Assembly (NCBI GenBank): GCA_029261035.1
Contig: JAJDCD010000010.1
Span: forward strand, 14,612 to 78,611
DNA length: 64,000 nucleotides
Direction of reading: 5' to 3'
DNA from: Candidatus Omnitrophota bacterium
Lineage (GTDB): Bacteria > Omnitrophota > Omnitrophia > Omnitrophales > JACROU01
Below are positions 25,201-37,200 of the stretch, one piece after another. The translations under genes were made by a program, and so were the position numbers. Positions within the stretch are counted from its first letter, which is position 1; every line of letters begins with the position of its first letter. The notes beneath the pieces were generated by a model. It did not search any database. It was not told the origin of the DNA and saw only the letters and a program-made list of their open reading frames with translations.

Positions 25201-28200
25201 AATCCTGATTTAAATGTTGAAGTTCCGTTGTTTGCCATTGAACTAATTGATCTAAAGTAACTCCATCCGCATCTAATTCAAAACGATACTGTCTTAACAT
25301 TTCAGTTAAAAACTCTCTAGCTTTTGCCACAGGCAAACCAGAATTCGTTAACAATACCACAGGGCTCATATTTAAAATTGGACCACCTGTTCTTGTAATA
25401 GCCCCTGCCCTAAATTCATTGGCTAACCGAATTTCTTGACTTGGAAGAACTCCCATCATTTCCTTGATTTGAGATCGAACTTCCACAAGTTGATAGTTAT
25501 GCACCAAGTTTCTTTGATTCACAAGTCGGCGTAAATCAGACTCTGATCGAGCCAAAACTTCTGCACTTTCAACATTGCGACGAACACGATCTCTCTGAGT
25601 TTCAACCTGCTCTTCTTTTTCTCTAATTAATTCTGTTAACTGATCATATCTACTCTTATATTGTGTGTATTGAGAAACTAAACGAAGAACCGTAATAGCT
25701 GTATCTAGAGCATCAATCGCTCCATACGTTTGTTCTAGCTCTATACGTGTTCTCGTAATTTTTTCCACAACTTCTTGTCTTGGATCCCAGAAGTAATAAG
25801 TGACGTCCATTCCAACACCCACACCTCGCCTTAAGTCTGCACCCAAAAATAAATCAACACGAGGGAGGCCTGTAGCTGCATCAATAATACCTCTCTGTCT
25901 TTGGATTTCGACAGCAGCTCTTCTAACCTGATTTCTCCAACGAGTTCCCTTAAGAATGTCTTCTGCTTTTAAATTATTAAAGTCAATCCCACTATGTTCG
26001 ATTAATCGCCCTTGATGTGTAAAGTTAGCAGGAACAGAGTTAATACCACCAAAAACCATACGAGCAATATTTTCGCTACGTCCTACAGCAACGGTCGCTG
26101 GACGACTGCTTGGAGTAGGAGCAGGATCTTCTGGGCTCACCCGCCCTTCCCCTGCAGCAAGGAGTATATTTCTAACACCTCTTGGCAAGGTCGCTGGTAA
26201 GGTTGTTGCACCCCAAGTACGACGATCTCCTAAGCTCACTCTTCTACTAGTTCTTCTAGGAGTAGGTTGTTGAGCTTCTTCTCCCGTGCCAAAAACTTCT
26301 CTTGCTTCTTGCAAGAAAATATCATTCATGATGTTATAAATTTCAAACTGACGATTAATTTGTTCTAATGTTCGTGATGGCGCTTCAAGAATGTCTACAC
26401 CCGCTGCACGCCCTCTTTCAACTTCACTTTCTTGCATCTGAGTTTGAAATCGAACAGCACGATCTTCCGCAACACCTGTTTGAGGAGAATGACCATCTAA
26501 AACGCGGCCACTCGCATGTCTCATATGTAAATAAAGATAAGCTTCATTGGCTTTACCAAATCCATTTGGAGACAACGTTCTTTCATTCAAAATCAAAGAT
26601 GGCATCAATCCTTCAAACAAACTTCCACCCCATGAAGGAACATAATGAATTGTGCGGTTTTCACCATTAACACGAATTGTTCTCTGGTAAAGTCCATTTT
26701 GTGGTGTTTGAGCTTGACCCGTCGTAGCAGGTTGTGTTCTTGGTGTATTTGTCCAAACATCTGCGGGAACCCCTCGACCCATTGCAACAATCAAATGAGG
26801 TCTAATTTCAGTATAAATCAAACCATAATGTGTTGGATTACCAAACTGGTCTGCTAATGGAGCATAATTACGTGTTGTTGCGTTGTAATCTAAACCGGTA
26901 TACATCTGCTTTCGAGTTGCATCATAAAGTTGTGTGAAATTCATTGCCTCATACAGTCTATTAGCAGAACCTTGAATTCGAGTGTCCGTTGCAAAAGCCT
27001 GTTTTACAACAATCAAACCAGAAGCCAACCAACCATTGTCTACCGTAGAAATTTTACGATCTGAGGTTTGTCCATTAGCAACTGTAATACCATCATGAAA
27101 CAATCCATTCACTTTATTCATTGCTGTAAGTGTACGAAGCACTTTATTAACTCTAGACTTCGCTTCTGCTTCTGTAATAATTCCTAGTTCTTTGGCAGAA
27201 ACAATACTCATCAAATACAAACCAATATTCGTTGGTTTTGTATACGAAGCTCGAGTAGTTCCATCACTCGCCAAAGAATCTGCAGGCAATCCTGTTGTAG
27301 GATCCACAACCGCTTCGAAAAATGCCCACGTTCTTGTTGCAATCTCTCTCAATAACGTTTGATCCGCTGGGGTCAATGTTTGATTTGTATTTAAACCCTG
27401 TGGCGTACTTAATCCAGAAAATGTGGTGTTCATCAAACGTAAGTGAGGCTGAATCGATGCATCCGTTTGAAAATGGTTTTGAACTGCACCATTTCTAACC
27501 GCATTCGCAATCGAGATCATAATCATACCTTGATCTAAACTCAACATCGTTTGGTCGACAGAACCTGTTTCTAAATGGACCGCATCATAAAACCCTTTAG
27601 GACCATAAACAAGAGATTGATCTCTTGCGTCCTTTAAAGCAGCTAATCGTCTAATGTTGGCCATGGCTTCTTGAGGCGCTGTTGACAAAGCTAAGAAAGT
27701 GGCGTGTGGCGTTATCACAGGCTGGTCACTGGTATAACCTCCTGAAGGCTGTGATCCTAGAGGAGCACCAAATTCAGAATAACGTCCTGAAGTACGTGGA
27801 TCGCGAGAAACTGAAAGTCCCCAAGCAGTAAAGTCCCCTGGTAGCTTGTTTGGCGCAGCCACATTCGCACCCGTTCTATAAACTTCAACTAAACGTGTAG
27901 CTCTTCTTTGAATATCCGTAATGTTAGGGTTCGGAACCAATCCACGATATAGAGCAACAATATCTGAAACTTTCTTTGTGTCCACATCAGTGCTTGCAAG
28001 TATGGTACGAACTCTTCTAATCGTATCCAAACTTTGTACCTGAGTTGGAGACCAAAAGTTGTTCTGAGAAGCGACTCGAACCACCCCCTGAATAGATGTT
28101 GTCAAATCAGGGTAAATAGCTGTGATAACTTCGTTCAGTTTTTGATTACTAATTTCATCACCACTCGTACCGGCGGCAGTAACTGCTTTTGCTCGAAAAG

Positions 28201-31200
28201 CAACTCTAATAGCATCTGCACCTGAAACTTCAGAAGGAATTAAACCCACTAGAGCATTGACTAAAGTTGCACTATCCTTCTTATGAAAATTTAAATAATT
28301 TCTAAGAGATGTTCTCATAGCCGCATTCAATGGTGCTCCGGCATGAATTTGACGCGCAAGCAAACGTCTCATATCTTCTAAATTAGCTCTTTTATATTCA
28401 TATAATGTCCACTGAAGAGCTAAATTAGTCCTCCACTCATCATTACCCCATAAATAATTAAATAACGCTCCTGAATTACCACCCATCGCACGCATTGCAG
28501 AAGGCATTCCTCTATAGTAAATTTCAACGAATTTCTGTACGAAAGCTTGATTTTCACTTAAAGCAATCAATTGGTCTTTTACATTTTGAGACAATGTTGC
28601 TCTATTGCGTCTAATATATTCTTCAACCGCTTCAATCAACTTACGTCTTAATTGAGCAACAGTTCTTTCTTGTCCTCTTCGATTTAACTCGCCTTGATGT
28701 CTGTCTAGATTATCTGTCAGACGACCTAACTCGACTAATTCACGATTAACCGTCGTTAAATCTCCTTCAATTCGCGTAGCGCCTACCTGTAAACCGCTAA
28801 TCTCTCCTCCTTTTTCTCGAGACAATTGGTCTAAAGAACCTCTCATAGAATCCAAACCGCCCTCCCCTTGCGCTGTGGTAATAGACTCTACTAATAAAGA
28901 AATAATCTCACGCTGTACTTCTGGGCTACGTCCTTCTAAAGTACGAAGGATTCTTTCTATATCTGCTTGAGTCAACGGAGTTTCTGGAGAAGCCGTATTT
29001 ACTGCTGCTTGGAAAGTGCGGGCTCTCTGCTGGATTTCTGCACGTTGATCCACTTGATATTTTTGATTTAGATACTCCCCACCAAAAACCATTCCAAAAA
29101 CCAAAGTAAGAATCAGTATGATTTTACCGAAGCTCTTCATGCCTTTGGCTTTATTAATGGAAAGCATAAAACTGATAGAATCCCAAACCCTATAAAAACT
29201 CCAAAGAGCAAAAGAACCTATTCTTCCGATACCGCTAATTGGTTTACCAATGGCTAAAAGTAGACCTCCTACGACAGAACCCACAATCAGAGGAACTGAA
29301 GAAGGTAAAACACTTGCAGAAGAACCTAAAGCTTGCATCACAGTGCCTACCGCTAACGTTTCAGGGAAAAGTGCTGCAGCACTGAGCAAACCAAAACCTA
29401 TAATCAAAGCACCCGCAACAATTCGAACTCCCGTAACAGGTTTCTTAAACATCCAATTCGTCCACTTCGTTGCTGCCACTTTGCTTTGAACATACATCGA
29501 AGCTTCGTAGTACACAGAATTTGTTTTAGCAAGCAAAGGAATCATCATACTAACAGAAGGCTTAATCACAAAAACAATCAATGCCGTTGCCCCATAAACA
29601 GCACCCATCACAAAAAAGACACTAGGCAAGAATCCCGTAGGGACAGTAATTCCTACAATAGGAATAACCCATGAAGGAGTTGCTCCTGTTATAACTGCAG
29701 TAGCAGCGGTAGCAACCCGAAGCATCGCACCAAAAAAGAGACTCGCTAAAAGAGGAGCAAAAATAAGGTTAGGAGTACGTTCAAACATTCCCAAGATAGA
29801 GCGCAACGGCCTCAGAGAAGCTCCTCTTTCTAAAGAGGCTTTAACTTCAACTTCTAGTTGCAGAACGTCCACTTTATTTTTAGCTACAAGATCAATGCCG
29901 CGAGGATCTCTACTACCTGAGTAAGAAGAGGCCACTTCATTTTGTAGTCTTTTCACTTTATCAAAAGCAGCAATCAATTCTGCTCGAATGGCTTTTTGTT
30001 CTTCATGTCTATGCTCATGAATAGCTGTTGCTGTTCGGTTGTATTTTTGCAAATGATATCGAGTAGTATTAATTGCTTCACTCAATTGATATTGAGTAAG
30101 TTGTAAGAGTTCTTCTTTGACAGAGGCTAAATCAGCTTCATAAGCTACAACTTCCGTATTTACTTCCTGATAATAATCATCAACTTTCACCTTTAGAGTG
30201 CCTGTTCTAGAACTAAAAGCTCCTAGTCGAGCTTCTGCATTTAAAATTTGCTCTTCAAAAGGGTAGTCTACATAATCTCTTTTTACTGGAGGACCTCTAG
30301 CACTCAGCTCCGTAGATATTTCTTGAACACTGACCAGATGTTCTTTAACAACTGCAATACGATTTCTAAATCGTTTCATTTTGTTCTCATACTCAACAAC
30401 GGCATGGTTTTGTTTAAGACGATCTTCTTCAAGCTGTCTTTTGTCGCTTGCCATACCCGCTCTTAAACCAGAATAGTCAAATTCCGCTACGTTAAGAGTA
30501 GATAGCCTTTCCGTTTTCGTACCTATTGTTTCTTCAAGGTTCTCGTGACGCCCTCTCATAATACCTGTGTATTCATTCAACACAGAATCTTCCAACAAAC
30601 TATAAAAACCCAGCAATGCCTGTTTCGCATATTCTGTCTCTGCTTCTGCCCCTGTTTTTATTTGATTAATACGTGCTATATCGGAATCACTAATTTCTAG
30701 GTTATTGTCTTCTTTTTGCTGCCTCAAACGCTCCGCTGTCACATAAATCGTATCCCAATATTCCCTTAAGTCTCCCTGCACTATTTTGAGCAAATTCACC
30801 AAAGCGTTCGCTCGAACAAGAGCATCATCTTCACGATTAACAATTTCTCGCACCGTCTCAACCCAACGATCTAAATGTAATGCCTTCATATTTTTCAAAG
30901 CCGTATCTGCTGCTGCAATCATCGCCGCCACTTGAGGCTCTGTTAAGGGTTGACCTGGATCCACAGGGATCATTGGTGGCGCCGCTGCTTCAGGAAGCAT
31001 AGGTAATTCATCTGACTCTTCACCCATTTGTTTCTTAGCACGATTCATCGCAAAGAAAGCCCATTCATAATACCCTTTGGCATCTTCCATTGCTCTCTCA
31101 GCTTCTTCTTTTTCCAAATTGGCTTGATCCCATTGCTGAAGAATCTCTTCTATTACCAAAGAATCTTCTGCTTTGCTATCAACATTCAGAAGAGCCGTAT

Positions 31201-34200
31201 TAAGCTCCTCAAATTTTCGCTCAACACCGACAAAAGCTCGTGCAAGGTCATTAGAATCTTGACTTAAACCTTCTAATCTTGTTTTATAACTTGCTTCATT
31301 CCCATCAAAATCGGTTTCTTCATCCAAATCTTTAACAAAATCCTGAACTTTCTTTTCAAACGTTTCAACACGAGAACGAAATGTAGAAGTTTCTTTCAAA
31401 GAGGCTTCATCTTTCCTCAAAGCATCCAAATCGGATTGAACTGTATTTATTTCGTTCTCCAACGCCTCGAGCTTCCCATTATAATCTGCAATAAACGCAT
31501 TTAACTCATTAATACGCTTATTGGTTGCTTCCATAAATTCTCTAATCTGCGTTTCTAATTGTCTTAAATTTAACTGCTCTTCAGAACCATTAACTGTTAC
31601 TGTTATCGTACTACTCTTTGTAGCTAATATTACTTTTTGAATAAGCTCAATACTTTTAGCAGCTCTCGTTAAAGGTTCTTTAGAAGTAAATGCTAATGTT
31701 TTTACTCTAGCAACCCACTGTTTCGCTCTAAGAACACTATCTTGATCCTTTACTTCGTTAAAATCAAACAGTTCATCAAATTCGTAATCCTTAGCATTAG
31801 GCAGACCAAAAGCACTTCCCAACTCTTCTTTAGCTTGTAAAAATGCCTCATCAACCGCTTCTCGATCCTCTTCAAATTGACTTGGAACATTCTCTAACAA
31901 AATTGAAAACTGTTCTTGTTGCATCTTTTCAATTTGAGCAATTTGCTGTCTCTTCTCATTAATAAAATGTTTTATCTGTAATTCAAACTCAAAGTAGCTT
32001 CCAGTGTAATCTGATTCTTTTAAATACATCGTATTTGCAAACTTCTCTATTAGCTTTACAAGCCTTTTAAACATAACTTTGTAATCAGCATCACCCGACT
32101 CCACTAACGTATTATCTTTAAATCCTAACAAAAGTTGCCCGGGCTTCGTAGAACTCGTTTTGAATACTTTTTCAAGCTCTTCCACATTTTCGCCTAATAA
32201 GCTTTCTGCCTGAGCCAAGACTTCTAAAATCTGTTTAGGGTCAGAGTTAGCATCAATTTCCAAAGCAAATAAATCCCCCAAAATATCCAAAAGTACCGTA
32301 AGAGACTTTGCTTTGCTTTCAACGACATCTTCTATCGTTGCACGATATAAATCCACATCTTGATCATCAATATCAGAATATTTCTCTGAAACTTCTCGTT
32401 GCTCGATCTGCGCATCAATCAGTCCTAATACAAGCTCCACCTTCAACAGCTTTAACTTTTGAAAATCCAAAACCAACATTCTTATATCTACATTCGGAAA
32501 ATTATCAATAATCTGCGTTATTAACACTTTTTCAATTTCATCTACAACAGTTTCTCCTGCTCTCATCTGTAATCCAGTCAGGTCCTTTATCTCTGTTAAA
32601 CGACTTGCATCTAAAACAATTTCTTGTCTTAATGCTTCTAAAGCATCCACATCCAACGAATCCGTTTTCAGAGCCTGCGTCGCTCTATCAACCCACTCTT
32701 CAAGCAAATGCATTCTCTGTTTAATAACATCCATACCCACTTCTTTTTCTTTTTCCGCATTTAAAGTCACTATGAGTTTCGTTTTGATCTCTTCACCTTG
32801 AGGTGTTAGCAGTTTTTCGAAGAATTCTTTTCTTGCACGGTCAAACAAAGCCTTACGTATGCCCTGGTGCAAATCAGAAAACTCAAATTTCAACGCTTCA
32901 ATTCTAGAATCTAACAATTGGGCAATATCATCTAATTGACTCTGAACTCCTGTGTCTGAAATCAGTTTTTCTTTACTCTCATTTTCTAATTTTTCTTTTA
33001 GCTCTCTAAATTTCTGTCTCAACTCTTCTTGAAGCGCTCTTAATTTTTCGTTTGCCGCTTTAACTCTTCCTTTTCTCCAATTCAATGCTTCTTGTTTTTG
33101 GTCTAAGCGTGCCTGAATAGTTTTTTGAAGCGAAACCAAACTGTCATAATGCAAGCTCGCCATACCATCCCTCTGCTCCGCATCTTCACCAACAGTATAA
33201 AATTCTCTTAACTCTGAATAATAAGTTACATTTTCGTCTAGTTCCGTTCCATCTAAACCTTCTGCAACTAACGTTTGCCGAACAATAGATTCAACCCAAG
33301 CATCTACATCGTCAGGAATCTTGGTTTCCACTTCTTGCTGTGTTTTGATAACATCCAAAACTTCTTGTTTCTGAAAGTTAGGCTCAAAACCAACAACCTG
33401 TGATTCATAAGCCTTAAGACGAGAACCATAATTAACTCTTTCTGCTAATAAAGCCGTCTTAACTCTCTGAACACGTGCTTGGTGAGCCCCTAGAATACCT
33501 TGCACTTCTGCCATTTTCTCTATTAAATCATTAATAGCCTGCTCAGAACCCTGAACTCTACCTTCATATTCTATTCTTGCTTCAGCTAAATCAAGATCGG
33601 GATCTAAAGTTTGAATCAACTCAAATTTTTTCTCTAAAGACTTCAACACTTCTTCGGTCTCTCTTAGACCTGTAAGTAACTTTCTTGATTCCTTTAATTC
33701 TTTCTCCAACAGCTCTAAATCACCATCCACTAGCATAAACTCCAAATTTGATAACATCAAAACAGACTCTCTGTCTATTTCAATGTGTAATTGCTCTGCT
33801 AACTGCAATAAGCCTTGTTTTTGTTGTAATGCCAATTCTTTTGGATTTTGTTCTAATAACTCCAAAATGCGCTTCAACTCGTTAAGATATCCTTCTAATA
33901 ACCCTTCAGATACTGTGTCTATTTTTTGGTTCAATAGATCTAAGGCTTTTCCCTTACCATCAGAAACAGCCGTTTTAGCTTGATCTGCAACATCTGTTAG
34001 ATCAAGCCTAATTCTTCCAAGAATTCCTATCTCTTCATCTGCACCCTCTTTAACAACCAACATCTCAGCATCCGCTAATGCCAGAGTCTTAACCTTAATG
34101 CTTTGAATTTTATCTTGAGCTACCGCTTGACTCGCAGCCCCTTCCATCGCTTTTTGTAAGAATGTATTTTTAGCTTCTTCTAATTCAGAATCATCCACAC

Positions 34201-37200
34201 TTGGATCACCCTCTTCCAAAGCTTTTTTAGTTCTAAGAATGATGAGCAACCTTTCAGAGAACCAAGGTTCGTAATCACTAGGCATCCCCATAGAACCCTC
34301 AAACTCATCTTCAAATTCAACAACAGAGCCTTCCACAATCTCACCAAAAGATCGAAGAGCTTTATCTCTCTGATCCTCAATTTGATTTTCTATAGGCAGT
34401 TTCTTCTTAACCTCATCTAATTTGCGGTTAAGATCCTCAAAACTTGATTGTATATACTCTTGCATCACTTTTACAGTAGTACTGACGCCTGTTCCATTCA
34501 TATATTTTAATTTTGGCTCAATGCTCCTAATACTACTTAACTGCTCAAAAGAACTTGCTCTAATTACCAATAACTGCGCATCTAGTTCTTGTATCATAGA
34601 TAAAAGATCGGTGGACCCCACATCTAAGCTTTCAATCTTGCCTTCCTGCTCTGTAAAAGCTTGGTCCACAACAGACTTTAAATAAAGTAAATACTCTGCT
34701 TTTACCATTTGCATTTCCCTACTCTTCTGTTTAAAAGTTGCTTCTAGTTGTTCTCTAGCTCTTGTCACAACAGAACTTTTTGAATCTAATTTTTTATCTT
34801 TAACTAAAGCATTAAAAGTTTGCCCCATAAATGTTCTAGCTTTACTCATGATAGCGATCAAACTCTGATCTGCTTCTTTGCTATATTCTTCAAAGGTAAG
34901 TAACGTTCCAATGCTCTTTGCTCCAACACGTCCCAATTTTCTCCTCAAAGAATCTGCTTTCTGATCTGCTTCTCTTTCAAATTCTTGAAGAAAGTTTTGG
35001 ATCTCATTTTCAAAAGCCCTTTCATTCGCTGCTTCTAATATTCCTGCCAAATCTTTATTTCTTGTTTGAGTCCACAACACTCTTAGTTTTGATACTAAAT
35101 CCTGCGCTCTGTCCAAAAGATCTCCAAAGGCTTCATCCCCAATGCGTGTTTCATCCATATTCCATTGCTGTATAGTCCTCTTGCTTGGATCTCTAGGAAC
35201 AAAAAAGTTAGCTGTCTGCACAAACTCAGCAGAAGACGCTATATTTCTAAAATTTGACCCAACGGTCTGACCCCTAAGAGGAATATCACGAAGCAACTCT
35301 TCTCGATCGTTGTAATAAGGCTCTACTTCCTCCACATTTAAATCTTGAGGCCTCTTTGCCGTAAGCTCTTCTAACTCTCTTAACCTTTCTTCAAATTGAG
35401 CAACCTGAGAATCTTTATAAGCAATAGCGCCTTTCATATCAGCTATCACTTTCTGTCGAGCAAATCGATCTATATCTTCCAAATCCGGCTGTGGGTCACC
35501 CTCTAAAATGGACAGAGCTCTTTCAACCTCAGCTGCTTGACTTACTAATTTTTCTTTAAGAGCTGTATATTCATTAGAAACATCCTCATTAATTTGAGGA
35601 AGAGTGGATGTATCTACACTAGAAACCTCTAAGTCGTCGGAACGCCCCCAACCTTCAGAAATAAACGTTTTAATAGAAACAGGAGTTAAACTTGGAGCTT
35701 CATTACCCAAAGCCAATAATGCTGCACTCAAACGACCTTGAAGTTTAAGGTAGTAGGTCTTTTCCTTTTCTTCTAGATCCAATTCCAAAGCTTCAATCCT
35801 TGCATCAAGAGCTGCCAGTCGAGGTTGATTGTCTTCTTTTAACTGATTTAACTGCTCTTTTTGCTCACGCTTTTCATCCGCAGACAAACCTTCACCATTA
35901 AGATAATCGAGGATTTCTTTTTTAGAAGCCGAGAGTTTCTCTTTCGCTTGTTTAACCACTTCAATTACTTCTGCTTGCCCTTCCAAACCCTCAAGGATTC
36001 CAGCATCCAAAGCAATAAATTGATTTAATCTCTCTTCTTTCCACGCAGCTGGATATAAACCAGAAAGCATTCGAGCAATCTTAACAAGCTTTTCTCTAAC
36101 AGATGTTGCACTGGATAAAACGTCTCTATTATTTCGACTTAGAGAAGAAACTATGTCTGAGTTTGTAGCAACGTCTTCAAATTCATCCGGAAGCTGGATA
36201 GGTAAGCGATTCTCAAAAACATCTCCCAATACACTTTCTTGTTCTTGTAGCAACTGACGTGTTTTCATCAAAACTTCTAAAGATATCTTGTCAATTCCAT
36301 CTAAGGATTTTTCTAAAGGATCTATCTTTTGAAAAACGCTTCCATTGATACGTTTAATATCTCTGCTTTCTTTGCGAATAAACACTCTAGCTTCTCCAGC
36401 CAATTTTTCTAGATCAATTCCAGAAAAAGCTCGAGACAATCTACGACTAAGTCCTTTTAGCTTTAATGGCTCAAAATCTTTATCCTGACTCCACTCTTCG
36501 TTAATTTCGTCAACTACCTTGCTATGCCTAGCTTCTAATTCCGTATTCGCTCTACCAATCTCTTCTTTTACAAGGTCAAATAAATTAGCATCATAAACAC
36601 CCAATGAACTAATATCAATTTTAGGAGATCCTGGAAGCTTTAGATCTGTAACGTATTTTACTGTAAAGTCAAACTTAGCCTTTTTATCCCTAATATCATC
36701 AAGCTGAACTGAATAAGTCTCTCGTTTCAAATCTAGCTGAGCCATCATTAACTGCTGTTGAGTTCGAATTAATTGACGCACAAAATCAAGCTTTAATTGA
36801 GAAACACTCACACCACCGATTTCGGCTGATTCGTAATCTTCTTTGCTTCCCAACAAATTCAAAACACCATCTAACTTTTGTTCAAAGGCAGTCCAAAGCT
36901 GTCCTGCAGATTCAATTCGTGATCTTTGTTGATCAATATCTTCTGTTGTGCTTTGAGTCCCCAGCTGTGTTGTCATCAAACCATCCACACTTGCCATTTC
37001 GGATTGAATCAAATCAAAAGCATGAGTGACTTGAACTTCAATAAATGTTTTTTGGAAATTATCAACGGCTTTTTCAATCATCGCTGGGACAGCAGCACGA
37101 ATCGCAGCTAACGTTTGCGTTTTCTCGTCCCCATCCTGCATACCTGTTTCTATTGGTGCAATAATAGAATTATTAATAATGGTTTCGATTTCACTTCTTT

